Notes under the pieces: model-generated
What the model saw: only the letters and a program-made list of their open reading frames with translations
What the model was told of the DNA's origin: nothing
Database searches by the model: none
DNA from: Mustelus asterias
Taxonomy: Eukaryota
Assembly: GCF_964213995.1 (NCBI RefSeq)
Contig: NW_027590137.1
Coordinates: 372,001-436,000, forward strand
Reading direction: 5' to 3'
Length of the DNA: 64,000 bases
Part shown: positions 48,635 to 62,356 of the stretch, piece by piece
Numbering within the stretch: the first letter of the stretch is position 1
Layout of the letters: each line of letters begins with the position of its first letter
Translations under genes and position numbers: made by a program

Positions 48635-49489
48635 ATAACCATGACAAATTAAAACTCTCAATTTCATGAGTGAGTTTTATCTGGATTAAAATTCCCACAT
48701 GTTTAGTAAAATATCCTGGAATCCTGTCTCTGGACAGTAAATATGGCTCCAGGTTCATAACTTTTGAAAAAAAAAGCTTTATTCATTACACTTCCATTTT
48801 AAAAATCTGTTTGATTTAAATCACAGACAAAAAACCTCAAAGCTTAAAGCGTTCAACCCACAAATATCATCCACACACCAACAGAGAAACTTAGCATGTG
48901 CTTTACAATAATAACCAAAATTAATTACTTAAGCATTCTTCTGATTCTGTTTTTAAACTCCCAAAAATGCCTTTAATTAAAGACTCAAGGTAAGGTTAAT
49001 TCCCCAGAAAGATAAACCTTAACAAATGTAGCCCAAAACAATGATAAAACACATCTACAAACATCCACACAAAAACAAACAAAACACACAGATTCTCACA
49101 GCTTGTAAATTTCAAACAATGAATCCTCAGCATTCTCTCTCGCAGCTATAACTTCTTAAAGCGACAGAGCACTACAAGCTCACAACTCCTTGATTAAAAT
49201 AAGATGCAAGATCCTTCATTGTAACTTAACCCTTTTTAAGCCAACTTCCAAGGCCTGATTTTATCAGCAACATCTAATCTTTGTTAATTTAAAATCCCAA
49301 ACACGTTACCACCTGCAAACTCTTTGTTCTTTATCTGGTGTTGAGGTGACAACAAAATAAAATTCTCAGTTATTCCAAATTCCTCCAGGGTATGCTTAAA
49401 ATTTCCACATTTAACTGGCTCCAATAAATCCACAATTATAAACTAAAATAGACACGAGTTTCTGGGTGATTTAAAAACAAGTTAAAAAC

Positions 49490-52200
49490 AAGATGCCAGA
49501 GGAAAGATAGAACAGGAGGAAAGAAAGGAGGGGGAGTTGCACTTTTGATTCAGGAAAACATCACGGCAGTACTGAGAGGGGATATATCCGAGGGTTCGCC
49601 TACTGAGTCAAAAGGGTTGAACTGAGAAAGAAGGGGGAAATCACTTTGATATGGTTGTACTATAGGCCCCCAAATAGTCGGTGGGAAATTGAGGAGCAAA
49701 TATGTAAGGAGATTACAGATAGTTCCAAGAAAAATTGGGTGGTAATAGTCGGGGATTTTAACTTTCCCAACATTGACTGGGACAGCCATAGTATTAGAGG
49801 CTTGGATGGAGAGAAATTTGTTGAGTGTATTCAGGAGGAATTTCTCATTCAGTATGTGGATGGCCCGACTAGAGAGGGGCAAAAGTTCACCTCCTCTTGG
49901 GAAATAAGGAAGGGCAGGTGATAGAAGTGTGAGTGAGGGATCACTTTGGGACCAGTGACCATAATTCCATTAGTTTTAAGATACCTATGGAAAATGATTG
50001 GTCAGGTCCAAAAGTTAAAATTCTAAATTAGGGAAAGGCCAATGTTGATGGTATCAGGCAGGAACTTTCGACAGTTAACTGGGGGAGTCTGTGGGAAGGC
50101 AAAGGGACGTCTGGTAAGTGGGAGGCTTTCAAAAGTGTTTTAACCAGGGTTCAGGGTAAGCACATTGCTCTTAGAGTGATGGGCAAGGCTGGTAGAAGTC
50201 GGGAACCCTGGATGACTCGAGATATTGAAGCCCTCGTCAAGAAGAAGGAGGCACATGACATGCATCGGCAGCTGGGATCAAGTGGATCCCTTGAAGAGTT
50301 TCGAGGGTGTAGGAGTAGAATTAAGAGAGAAGTCAGGAGGGCAAAAAGGGGACACGAGATTGTTTTGGCAGATAAGGCAAAGGAGAATCCAAAGAGGTTC
50401 TATAAATACATAAAGTGCCAAAGAGTAACTAGGTAGAGAGTAGGGCCTCTTAAGGATCAACAAGGTCATCTATGTGCGGATCCACAAGAGATGGGTGAGA
50501 TCATAAATGAATATTTTTCATCATTATTTATTGTTGAGAAAAGCATGGATGTTAGGGAACTTGGGGAAATAAAGTGATGTCTTGAGAAGTGTACTTATAA
50601 CAGAGAAGGAGGTGCTGGAAGTCACAAAGCGCATCAAGGTAGATAAATCCCCGGGACCTGATGAAGTGTATCCCAGAACACTGTGGGAGGCTAGGGAGGA
50701 AATTGCGGGTCTCCTAGCAGAGATATTTGAATCATCGATAGTCACGGGTGAGGTGCCTAAAGATTGGAGGGTGGCAAATGTGGAGCCTTTGTTTAAAAAG
50801 GGCTGCAGGGAAAAGCCTGGGAACTAAAGGGCGGTGTGATTCACATCTGTAAGTTGTCAGAAGGTATTTGAGAGACAGGATCTACAGGCATTTGGAGACA
50901 CAAGGACTGATTAGGGACGGTCAGCATGGCTTTGTGAGTGGAAAATCATGTCTCACAAATTTGATTGAGTTTTTTGAAGGGGTAACCAAGAAGGTAGATC
51001 AGGGCAGTACAGGTGATGCTGTCTACGTGGACTTTAGCAAGGCCTTTGACAAGGTACCGCAAGGTAGGTTGTTGCTTAAGGTTAAATCTAATGAAATCCA
51101 GGGTGAGTTAGCCAAATGGATACAAAATTGGCTTGATGACAGAAGACAGAGGGTGGTTGTAGAAGGTTGTTTTTCAAACTGGAGCCTGAGACCAGCGGTG
51201 TGCCTCAAGGATCGGTGCTGGGTCCACTGTTATTTGTCATTTATATTAATGATTTGGATGAGAATGTAGGAGGCATGGGTAGTAAGTTTTCAGATGACAC
51301 CAAAGTTGGTGGCATTGTGGACAGTGGAGAAGGCTATCTAGGATTGTAGCGCGATCTTGATCAATTGGGCCAGTGGGCTGACGAATGGCAGATGGAGTTT
51401 AATTTAGATAAATGCAAGGTAATCCATTTTGGGCGATCGAACCAGGACAGGACTTACTCAGTTAATGGTAGGGTGTTGGGGAGAGTTACAGAACAGAAAT
51501 CTAGGGGTACAGGTACATAGCTCCTTGAAAATGGAGTTGCAGGTGGACAGAGTGGTGAAGAAGGCATTCTGCATGTTGGTCAGAACATTGAATACAGGAG
51601 TTGGAATGTCTTGTTGAAGTTTTACAAGACATTGGTAAGGCCACACTTGGAATACTGTGTACAGTTCTGGTCACCCTATGATAGAAAGGATATTATTAAA
51701 CTAGAAAGACTGCAGAAAAGATTTACTGGGATGCTACCGGGACTTGATGATTTGAGTTATAAAGAGAGGCTGGATAGACTGGGACTTTTTTCCCTGGAAT
51801 GTAGGAGGCTTAGGGGTGAACTTATAGAGGTCTATAAAATAATGAGGGGCATAGATCAGCTAGATAGTCAATATCTTTTCCCAAAGGTAGGGGAGTCTAA
51901 AACTAGAGGGCATAGGTTTAAGGTGAGAGGGGAGAGATACAGAAGGGTCCAGAGGGGCACTTGTTTCACACAGAGGGTGGTGAGTGTCTGGAAAAAGGTG
52001 CCAGAGGTAGTAGTAGAGGCAGGTACAATTTTGTCTTTTAAAAAGCGTTTAGACAGTTACATGGGTAAGATGGGTGTCGAGGGATATGGGCCAAACGTGG
52101 ACAATTGGGATGAGCACAGGGGTTAAAAAAGGGGCGGCATGGACAAGTTGGGCTGAAGGGCCCGTTTCCAAGCTGGAAACCTCTATGACTCCATGACTAA
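49490..52200 (+). mobile_element. Long decayed CR1 ORF2 (endonuclease plus RT)
   Basis: YYRPPN, VGDFNFPNIDW, SDHN, KSPGPD and [10 protein letters not shown] motifs, with many stops and frameshifts. Confidence 0.9.
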
Positions 52201-53291
52201 ATCAACTGTCTGCTGAAAGGGTTAACTTTTCTACAGAACCGAAAGGGGTGGGGAGTGAGAAGAAACTTGGCACACAGTTACATCACTTTACATAATTTTT
52301 AAAAACTTCTCTAACAACAAAACAAAGTTGATTTTAAACTTTATCTATGAATTCTTTTGTTCTCTTCCTCAAACTAATTATTTTAATTTGTTCAGTTTTT
52401 GTTAGGGATGGGTAACTTCTGTTCTTTATAAACTGGTTCACTCATTTTGTTAATTCTACATGGGCTCGGAGAATCAGAACCCAGACTTTATCATCCTGAT
52501 CCTTTTTCTCCTTCTGCCACCACTCCCTCTGTTTTGAAGGAGGGTCATGGGGATTCCAATCAGAACTAATCATTTCATCAGAAGAGTAAAATACTGCAGA
52601 TACCGGAATCTGAAACAAAAACACAAAATGCTGGAAAATCTCAGTAGGTCTGACAGCACCTGTGAAGAATGGAGCCAAGGTTTCGATAATGGATGACCCT
52701 TCATAACAGCTCTCATGAAGTATCATTCAGACTCAAAATGTTGGCTCTGTTCTCTAATCATTTTATCGATACATTTCTTGTTCTTAGTTTGAGGTTTAAA
52801 GTGAGAGGGGAGAGATACAAAAGGGTCCAGAGGGGCAGTTTTTCACTCAGGTCGTGGTGAGTGTCTGGAACGAGTTGCCAGAGGCAGTGGTAGAGGTGGG
52901 TACAATACTGTCTTTTCAAAAGCATTTAGACAGTTACACGGGTAAGATGGGTATAGAGGGATATGGGCAAAATACGGGCAATTGGGACTAGCTTAGTGGT
53001 AAAAACTGAGCGGAATGGACAAGTTGGGCTGAAGGGCCTGTTTCCATGTTGTAAACCTCTATAACTTCCTAACACCCTGTCACTCTGTGATCCGTGTGAA
53101 ATCTAAAAACCAGGTATTCGCAACAAGACTCAAAGAGCATCAGCCCACTGGAGGCAAAGTCATGAGACCGGCCAGTCCAGCAGAAAGAAACCCTCCGACC
53201 CTCCCCATTGACCAACTGTGAGAATGAACAAAATGCAGTCCTGGATGTAATTGAGAGCAGAAACAATAACAGCAGAATCCAACCTCTGGAA

Positions 53292-54470
53292 TCACTCGTG
53301 AACTCGCTGGTGTCTCAGCAGGTGGGATGAAACTCTGAATCCCTTCCCACACTGAGAGCAGGTGAATGGCCTCTCCCCAGTGTGAACTCGCTGGTGTGTC
53401 TGCAAGTTGGATGACTGAGTGAATCCCTTCCCACACTGAGAACAGTTGAATGGTCTCTCCCCAGTGTGAACTCGCTGGTGTCTCTGCAGGTGGGATGACT
53501 GAGTGAATCCCTTCCCACACTGAGAGCAGGTGAACGGCCTCTCCCCTGTGTGAACTCGCTGGTGTGTCCGCAGATCAGATGAGTTAGTGAATCCCTTCCC
53601 ACACTGAGAGCAGATGAATGGTTTCTCCCCAGTGTGAACTCGCTGGTGTATTCGCAGGCTGGATAACAGAATGAATCCCTTCCCACACTGAGAGCAGGTG
53701 AACGGCCTCTCCCTTGTGTGACGTAGCTGGTGTCTCTGCAGGTCGGCTGACTGAGTGAATCTCTTCCCACACTGAGAGCAGGTGAACGGTCTCTCCCCAG
53801 TGTGAACTCGTTCGTGTGTCCGCAGGATGGATGAGTTCGTGAATCCCTTCCCACACTGAGAACAGTTGAATGGCCTCTCCCCAGTGTGAACTCGTTGGTG
53901 TCTCTGCAGGAGGGATAACAGAATGAATCCCTTCCCACACTGAGAGCAGGTGAACGGCCTCTCTCCTGTGTGAACTTGCTGGTGTTTCTGCAAGCTGGAT
54001 AACTGAATGAATCCCTTCCCACACTGAGAGCAGGTGAATGGTTTCTCCCCAGTGTGAACTCGCTGGTGTATCCGCAGGCTGGATAACAGAATGAATCCTT
54101 TCCCACACTGAGAGCAGGTGAATGGCCTCTCCCCAGTGTGAACTCGTTCATGTGTCCGCAGGGTGGATAATTGAGTGAATCCCTTCCCACACTGAGAGCA
54201 GGTGAACGGCCTCTCCCCAGTGTGAACTCGCTGGTGTCTCTGCAGGTCGGATAACTGACTGAATCCCTTCTCACATTGAGAGCAGGAAAATGGCCTCTCT
54301 CCAGTGTGAACTCGCTGGTGTCTCTGCAGGAGGGATAATCGAGTGAATCCCTTCCCACATTGAGAGCAGGTGAATGGTCTCTCCCCAGTGTGGCTGCGTC
54401 GATGAGCTTCCAGCTTAGATGGGGCTCTGTATCCCTTCCCACAGTCCCCACATTTCCATGGTTTCTCCAT
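53292..54470 (-). CDS. C2H2 zinc-finger protein, 14 fingers
   Basis: ACCATGG start at 54470; intact array; same subfamily as the genes starting at 11859 and 33013. Confidence 0.9.
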   Translation of the reverse strand: MEKPWKCGDCGKGYRAPSKLEAHRRSHTGERPFTCSQCGKGFTRLSLLQRHQRVHTGERPFSCSQCEKGFSQLSDLQRHQRVHTGERPFTCSQCGKGFTQLSTLRTHERVHTGERPFTCSQCGKGFILLSSLRIHQRVHTGEKPFTCSQCGKGFIQLSSLQKHQQVHTGERPFTCSQCGKGFILLSLLQRHQRVHTGERPFNCSQCGKGFTNSSILRTHERVHTGERPFTCSQCGKRFTQSADLQRHQLRHTRERPFTCSQCGKGFILLSSLRIHQRVHTGEKPFICSQCGKGFTNSSDLRTHQRVHTGERPFTCSQCGKGFTQSSHLQRHQRVHTGERPFNCSQCGKGFTQSSNLQTHQRVHTGERPFTCSQCGKGFRVSSHLLRHQRVHE

Positions 54471-55059
54471 GGTGCAGGTGTCCTTACCTCTCTCTTGACT
54501 GGACAATTAGTTGAAACTTCGCCCACACTCAGAACAAGATTACAGTCTCTCCCCGCTGTGAATGGTGTGATATTTATTCAGACTGTGTAACTGGTTAAAG
54601 CTCTTTAGTCAGTGCATTGGAACACTCTCACTCAAGTGTGGCAGTGTGTTGATGCTTTTTCACTCACACTGACATTTCAAATCTTTTCAAATCGACAGAC
54701 TGGACAATCATTTCTCCTTCTGGATTCAAAGTCCGATGATATTGAGGTCCCAAGGAATATGACTCTGTCACGTCTAGACATGACGTTTGAGATTTCGGCC
54801 TGTGATTCCTCTTTCAATATCCTGTAAAACGAGTTTACAAAAGTCATCAGTGTCAGTACAGCATAGAAATTCAGAACAGACAATTTCTATGGAACATTCT
54901 TGCCTCTCTCATTCCCCAAAAGCTGTAAATCTCCATCCCACACACTGTCTCCCCATTCTCAGCAGGTCTGGCAGCATCTGTATGGAGAGAAAAGAACTGA
55001 TGTTTCAGAGCTTTGACAAAGGGTCATCGAGACAAGAAACATCAGCTCTTGATGTAGGA

Positions 55060-55378
55060 AGAGAGATTCCTATTCGCTGATTCAGGCAGGCTCCATTGTG
55101 ACGTCACAATGCGGAAGTTGTCCAATGAGCTTCAGATTGAAACTTCCTCTTCTGGACAACATCTGGGAGGAAATCAAAGTTTCCCCCTTTCCATTTCTTT
55201 TCTCATTCTGGGGAAATTGGGGACTTGCAGCAACTGAAGGGAGTGAAGTGAATTCGGTCTGTATATTCCACACATTTTTACTCCAGTAATGTAGACATTT
55301 ATTTGTCTGGCAGCCTGCATGGAAATTTTCAGCTCTCTGCATCCAGGGCAAGAAGCAGTGAGCATGGATCTGTCAATC
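55060..55378 (+). promoter_or_regulatory. 5' end of a ZNF gene (CRE/ETS promoter and first exons) cut off by a Penelope-like insertion
   Basis: 18-bp palindrome CATTGTGACGTCACAATG (55094-55111) followed by CGGAAGT; 55270-55378 matches 44395-44495. Confidence 0.6.
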
Positions 55379-55750
55379 ACACATGAGGACGGCCTCAACC
55401 GGGATCTTGGGTTCATGTCACACTATCTGTAACTCACACTGTCTGTAACCCCCACAAATTGCCTGGGCTTGCAAAATCTCACTAACTGTCCTGGCTGGAG
55501 ACAATACACATCTCTTTAACCTGTGCTTCACCCTCTCTCCACTCACATTGTCTGTACCTTTAAGACTTGATTACCTGTAAAGACTCACATTCCAACCATT
55601 ATTTTGTAAATTGAGTTTGTGTCTCTGTGCCCTGTTTGTGAATAGAACTCCCACTCACCTGATGAAGAGCAGCGCTCCAAAATCTTGTGGCTTATGCCAG
55701 CAAATTAACCTGTTGGATTTTAACCTGGTGTTGTGAGATTACTTACTGTC
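55378..55750 (+). mobile_element. Penelope-like element 3' end
   Basis: THEDGLNRDLGFMSHYL* followed by the same pseudo-LTR as at 16290-16637. Confidence 0.8.
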
Positions 55751-56232
55751 TGAGGCTGAAACAGGCTGTTCACAACCAGGGTGAAATAGTTCATCCCAAT
55801 ATGAGCTTCCAACCACGTCCACATCATCATCAAGACCACCTTCATTCAAAGTAATTAATTAATTAACAGTAATGAATCATAAAATACATTGTAGGAGGAG
55901 GCCATTCAGCCCATCGAGCCTGCACCGACAACAATCCCATCCAGGCCCTATCCACATATTTACCTGTTAATCCCCCTGATGCCAAGGGTTAATTTATCAT
56001 GGCCAATCTGTCTAACCTGCACATCTTTGGACTGTGGAAGGAAACCGGAACACCCGGAGGAAACCCACCCAGACACGGGGAGAATGTAGAAACTCTGCAC
56101 AGACAGCGACCCGAGGCTGGAATTGAACCCGGGTCCCTGGCGCTGTTAGGCAGCTGCGCTAACCACTGTGCCACCGGGTCACATGTCAGTGCCATCGCCC
56201 GACTCCAGCCCAGTGTCAGCTCATCTGGAACC

Positions 56233-56396
56233 CTCACCCATTCCATTGTGACATCACACTCTCACCCATTCCATTGTGACGTCACACTCTCACCCATTCC
56301 ATTGTGACATCACACTCTCACCCATTCCATTGTGACCTCACACTCCCACCCATTCCATTGTGACCTCACACTCTCACCCATTCCATTGTGACGTCA
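56233..56396. repeat. 28-bp minisatellite, about 6 copies, each with a CRE-like site
   Basis: Unit CTCACCCATTCCATTGTGAC(A/G/C)TCACACT starting at 56233, 56261, 56289, 56317, 56345 and 56373. Confidence 0.9.
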
Positions 56397-56439
56397 GGGC
56401 TTCACTCTCCGATCACAATCCCTGCCGGCCTCCCACATG

Positions 56440-56900
56440 CAGCCTCAATGGCGGCAGTCAGCCCGGGTCTAACACTACAAGCTGCCGCTCCATTTGGTAC
56501 AAAGGGGGGGAACCGGGAAGTTCATTTCCGGGGTTTGGGGTTGAACAACATGTTTACAAAGCCTCTCCACCCACCCGCCACATTTATCATTCCCCGCGCG
56601 CCGCCCTCTACCTCGTATTGATCTCGCTACCGAGTTAAAACCGTCCATCCGTCGTCATTACCCGCACTGCGCATGCTACAGGCCCCGCCTCTCATTCACT
56701 CCGATTGGTTGGAGGACCAGCCGCTCCCGCTCGGTCCTCCAGTCCGGCCCCCTCTTCCTATTGGTCCGGAGCTGCCGTCAATCAGTCCCCGGGCATTGTG
56801 ATGTGGAGCATGCGCAGTGTCATTGCTGGCCTTGGCGCTTGTTTGTCCCGGAGAAGCGGAGTCAGCGTTAGGCGGTGGCTGGGAGGATTTGGAAACACTT
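56440..56900 (+). promoter_or_regulatory. ZNF promoter module (copy C)
   Basis: Same motifs as copies A and B, plus CCGGGAAGT. Confidence 0.7.
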
Positions 56901-57807
56901 TGTGGATCCGCAAACCCTTCAGAGTCATTGTCAGCTCCCTGGTTTGCAGCTGCGGGGCTTCTCCCTCCCTCCCTCCCGGGAACAGGCCCAGGTTAACGGC
57001 CCCATCCTGGCTCAGCCACTGGAGGATGGTTCACATCAGAGGATGGGGGAGGGGGACAATAAATAAGAGGTTACACTTTGGCCTCAAATCAATGAGGACT
57101 CTGATCTCTGGGAAGGAAGGAAACCCTGGGAGGTGGGCGGGGAGGATTCACAAACACCCGCTGGAGGCCCCAACACCCCCAATAAGACCCATTGGTTTTA
57201 TTGTCAGTCTGCAGACAGGAGCTGGAGAACTGAACCCAGACAGAGGAGAGGGAGGGAGAAAACTGGGAGTGGAGGAAAGAAATGGTGAGATGGGTTTGGA
57301 TTTCAGCGCAGGGAGGAGGGAGAGTGTGTGGGACGGAGATTTACAGATTTGGGGGAACAAGAAAGGAAAAAATGTTCCAGAAAGACTAGAATTGTTCAGA
57401 GTTTCTATCCTGTTCTGACAGTGATGACTTTTCTAAACTGTTTTTACAGGATATTCAAAGTGAAGGAATGGCAGACAGAAAACTCAAACCGAACATCACA
57501 TCTGACAAAGTCATTCAGTTCCTTCGGAGCTGAATATGATCGGTCTTTGAATATGGAAGGAGCAATATTTGTCTGTTCTGCCTGTGGGCAAAGAAATTAA
57601 ACATCAGTGTGACCAGAAAAGCAGCAGGACAAACACACACCCGAGTGAGAGTGTTCCAGTGAACCGACTGTGGAAAGAGCTTTAACCAGTTACACAGCCT
57701 GAAAAAAAATCACAGTTCACAGCAGGGTGAAACTACGTGTATGTTGTGTGTGTGGATGAGGCTTGAACTGATCATCCAACCTGGAGAAACACAAGGGCAC
57801 CAGCACC

Positions 57808-58956
57808 ATGGAGAAACAGTGGAAATGTGTGGATTGTGGGAAAGGAATCAGTTTCCCATCACAACTGGAAGTTCATCAGCGCAGTCACACTGGGGAGAGA
57901 CCGTTCACCTGCTCTGTTTGTGGGAAGGGATTCACCCATTCATACAACCTTCTGACTCACCAACGGGTTCACACTGGGGAGAGGCCGTTCACCTGCCCTG
58001 TGTGTGGGAAGGGATTCACTCGCTCATCCCACATTGTGACACACCAACTTGTTCACACTGATGAGAGACTGTCTCCATGTTCTGACTGTGGGAAGAGTTT
58101 TAAATGCAAAAAAGATCTGCTGACGCACCAACGTATTCACACTGGGGAGAGACCGTTCACCTGCTGTGTGTGTGGGAAAGGATTCATTCAGTCATCCCAC
58201 TTGCAGACACATCAACTTGTTCACTCTGATAACAAACTTTTTAATTGTTCCCACTGTGAGAAGAGCTTTAAAAATAAAAAAGATCTGCTGACGCACCAAT
58301 ATACTCACACTGGGGAGAGGCCATTCACCTGCTGTGTGTGTGGGAAGGGATTCAGCCATCCATCTGCCCTATTGAACCACCAGAGAATTCACACTAGGGA
58401 GAGGCCCTTCACCTGCTCAGACTGTGGGAAGGGATTCATTAATTCATCCAACCTTCTGATACACCAGCAACTCCACACAGGGGATCGACCGTTCACCTGC
58501 TCTGAATGTGGGAAGGGATTCACCCGTTCATACAACCTTCTGACACAGCAGCAGGTTCACAGTGAGGAGAGGCCATTCACTTGCTCCGTATGTGGGAAGG
58601 GATTCACTCGTTCATCCAACCTATTGAATCACCAGCGAGTTCACACTGGGGAGAGGCCGTTCACTTGCTCCATGTGTGGGAAGGGATTCAGTCAGTCATC
58701 CAACCTGCTGACACATCAGAGAGTTCACAGTGGGGAGAGGCCATTTACCTGCTCTGTCTGTGGGAAGGGATTTTCTCATTTCTCTTATCTTCTGAAACAC
58801 CAGCGAGTTCACACTGGGGAGAGGCCGTTCACCTGTAATGTCTGTGGAAAGGGATTTGTTCAGTCATCCCACCTGCTAACACACCGGCGAGTTCACAAAC
58901 GACTGCAAGGTTTGGATTCTACACTTATCGATGCTGTTAATCATATCCAGGTCTGA
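57808..58956 (+). CDS. C2H2 zinc-finger protein, 13 fingers (finger 9 His-to-Gln)
   Basis: Intact ORF from ACCATGG. Confidence 0.9.
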   Translation: MEKQWKCVDCGKGISFPSQLEVHQRSHTGERPFTCSVCGKGFTHSYNLLTHQRVHTGERPFTCPVCGKGFTRSSHIVTHQLVHTDERLSPCSDCGKSFKCKKDLLTHQRIHTGERPFTCCVCGKGFIQSSHLQTHQLVHSDNKLFNCSHCEKSFKNKKDLLTHQYTHTGERPFTCCVCGKGFSHPSALLNHQRIHTRERPFTCSDCGKGFINSSNLLIHQQLHTGDRPFTCSECGKGFTRSYNLLTQQQVHSEERPFTCSVCGKGFTRSSNLLNHQRVHTGERPFTCSMCGKGFSQSSNLLTHQRVHSGERPFTCSVCGKGFSHFSYLLKHQRVHTGERPFTCNVCGKGFVQSSHLLTHRRVHKRLQGLDSTLIDAVNHIQV

Positions 58957-59859
58957 ATCATCTTCACTCTGACTTTTTTCTTCTGTTGAGGTTTGATATT
59001 CTGAATAAATGTGAAATAGACATTTGATTGAATCATTGTTGTAGATTTTTGTCTTTTTCATTTGAGTGTTTAACGTCACCAGGCTGGAGCTCAGAAAGGG
59101 CAATCTGAGGGAGGATCACACAGTAGGAACAGAACTTCATTCTTGACCCAGTCCTTCAGGGTCACGCTGAGAGGGACAAACAGCACTTTGGTCTTTTTCG
59201 TCACTTTTCACTGACAGCAAAGTCCCCGTGTGGGTGAATCCTGAGGTGTGTAAGAAATGTGTCCCAGTCGTTCTTTTCCATGGTTCCGAGCTCCGAGACA
59301 CGGAACAGAAGCTCTTTTACAACTGTGTTTAGAGTTAGGAAGAACAATGGTGAATGCTGGAAACGTGCTGTCAAAGATTGGTGTAAAACTGGGATCTATT
59401 CCTGACTGAGAGTGAAACGGCAGGTTTAGGTTTCCAGACTAAAAATGCAAAAAAGTCTAAAACATTTTAATGTGTGTGTGTGTCAGTCCTGGTTTATTGA
59501 ACAGAAACTGGCTTAAAATAAATTGGTTGAAGTCTGCATCAAAGTAGCAGCTGGAGACGTTCAAAGGAGCCTGTTAACTGCTGGGACAATTAGACAACAA
59601 TTTGATTCCCAGATAGAGAAGGAGCTGCAGTGTGGATCCAAAAATTCTCAGTTTTGTTGTGTGCTTCCCATACACTATCCTTTTAAATAAACCTCACTCC
59701 TATCAGCCTTTAACCATTAGAAACAGAACAGAGAGAAGCTGAGCAGCAACAGAGCCCTCACTGACCATTTAAGAATGAGTGATGTGTTCAGCTGAAGTTT
59801 CCTGTTGGTAGTTTTTTGGGTGATCTTATTTTGATCATTCTCAGTGACCCCTGGGTGTG

Positions 59860-60380
59860 AACCTGCTCTCCTCTCTTTCAGACATTCACTCACTCAACAT
59901 CTCCTCTCTCTCAGAAACTCAATCACTTAACATCTCTCATCTCTCTCACACTCACTGAACATCTCTCTTTCTCTCCAGGCATTCACTCACACTTACCTTA
60001 CCTTCCACCTCTCTTACACTCTAACCTCGCTCCTCTCTCACATTCACTTCACCTCTCTCCTCTCAGAAACTGTCTTCATCACTTAATGTCTCTCTATCTT
60101 TCTTTCAAACACTCACTCATTTAACCTTCCTATTTCAGATCTGCTTAAACTTATTCATTGTTTTCTCTCTCTCATTACCTCTCTCTCAAAAAGCACAAAC
60201 ACACTTCATCTCTCTTCGCTGTCTGAGAAAACATCTCATTGATGGAGATTCAATCCTCTCTGTTTCTCTCTCCCACTTCCTCTGACAGGCCCTGACTCAC
60301 TTTAAATCTCCTCTTTTCTAATAACCCTCTTTGGGAAAACTCATTTGTTCTCTAATTCCTCCTCATTTCTCCCAGTGATG
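59860..60380. repeat. CT-rich low-complexity tract
   Basis: Degenerate CTCTCT and CACTCA repeats. Confidence 0.6.
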
Positions 60381-62356
60381 ACCCTCAGTCCATCTCCCAA
60401 TTCAGTGAATGTGTTAAAAGTCCAAATAATCTCCTTTATTGTTTAAAATGGGAATGGAGGTGAACGTAATGCTGAGACCGGCAGCAATCTGTGTGGTTGT
60501 TCTTGATGCTGTCAGAGTGAGTTCACCCTCACAGGCAGGAAGACTGTTCACGGTGATAACATCAAACTGACATCGGCTGTTTCATTCTCAGGTATCACAA
60601 CTTCCTGTTTCTCTGCTGCCGGTTCCAAACCTCACATCTCACTTCTGAGCAGAAAATAAATCCAGGGACCACAATCTGGTGAGAACATCTGTCAATGCGA
60701 CCGATATCTGTCCACAGAGTCAGGGCAGAGTCTCACAGGTCACATTGTGGTGACATTTACAAATGAGCCAGTTATTTCTGTTCAGAGTTTCCATTCTCAG
60801 ATATAACCAGCTGTGTCTGTGGATCAGTTACTGAGTTCCCTGTGCTCCCCATAGCTGGGAACTGATAGCCTGCTCCCTTACATACAGAGCATTCTCTCTG
60901 TATTGCTTGTTTCCTCTGATTCTCAGCTTTTATCTTTGACCTTCCTCATCTTTCTGCTTTTTAAATCTTTCTCAATTTTTCTCTGTCTTTCTGTCTCTCC
61001 CTTCCTCTGTATCTCTCTCAGGCTTTGTGTGTTCCTATTTAATCAAGCTGTTCAAAATCATGAAGAGTTTCTGATTGATTTTCGAAGGAAAAACAGGGAG
61101 AGAAGCAGAAAAACCCGGCAGGTCCGGCGGCATCTGTTCAGAGAGAAACAGTTAACATTTTGAGTCCATATAATTCTTCAGGGCAGGAAAAACATGGGTT
61201 ATCCATCTTAGATCAGGGAATGTGATGGGGCGATTTAATAGAGATGTTTAAAATGACAAATGATTTATGATAGTGTCAATGGAGAGGAATTATCTCCCAG
61301 GAGCACGAGGGTCTGTCGATGGAGAGAATCGATTTCCTCGGTGCAGGAGGGTCTGTAAGCAGAGGATACAGAGATTTAATATAATTGACAACGGAACTGG
61401 AGGGGGTGATAAGGAGAATTTTTTACACAATAACTTGATATGATCTGGAATGCACAAACTGACAGGTGCCAGAAGCAGGTTTAATAGTAACTTTCAAAGG
61501 GAATTGGATAAATACTTGCAGAAGGTAAATTGGCAGAGTTATGGTGAATGGGATTAATTGGACAGTTCACTCATCTTGGTGACATTCTGAATGTTTCTCT
61601 CCTGAGGTTTTAATATTTGATCTTTTCAGTCACAATGTATCTCAAACAGAAGATTTAAACATTGGGTTTGATGAGCTGTCCGATCTGTTTCCTGTGTGTA
61701 ACTTGAGAACTGCAGATAACCATCAGAAGGAACTGATTATTTTCAGTTCCTCGAACAGATACACCTCAGATATAAGAAATCCCTGGAGTTCCCCATGTCC
61801 TCATTATTCTCGCCTCGAGTATAACAGCTCTCAGTCAGGCCGCGTCAGTCACATGTCTCTGTCGTGATGTTTCCACTTCTATTTTATCACTCACCTCCCA
61901 ATGACACACTGACATAGACACCTTAAAATATCATTGCTCCTTTACAGCTTGTCCTCCTATCATAATCGAATGTTTGTTGGGTGTCGTCTCCCTTAATGCC
62001 AGATTACCTGCAGTTAAAATGACCTCAGAGACACTGGAACCGACCTTTGTGATTGTTATTATACTAGATTCCAATCAGCCCCAGGAGCTGCAGTTGTAAA
62101 ATACAGCAGAATGTAAAATACAGCAGAATTGGAATAACAGACAGGTTATTGTCTGATACTGACAGTGGCAGAGTAACACACACTGGAATCTAAATACATT
62201 ATATCAATAGACCACGACTCACTCACACCATCAAATAAAGCCTAAACTTTGGTTATGGTGCACTAGATACTGACTGTATTACCATTACATTGGATCAAAT
62301 GCTGTGTTCACTAACATACTGCAACGTGACTCTTATTATTTGAACAAACATTGTAT

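Noticed and set aside
53315-54526. 403-aa alternative-frame ORF over the ZNF array (similar shorter ones over other arrays)
   Set aside because: Non-ATG start; a by-product of the near-identical 84-bp finger repeat lacking stops in that frame.
60440-60860. Non-repetitive stretch with faint Ig/B7-like words (AGSKPHISL, GQSLTG, VISVQS)
   Set aside because: Stops in frame, no canonical Cys/Trp spacing and no clear splice sites; would need BLASTX.
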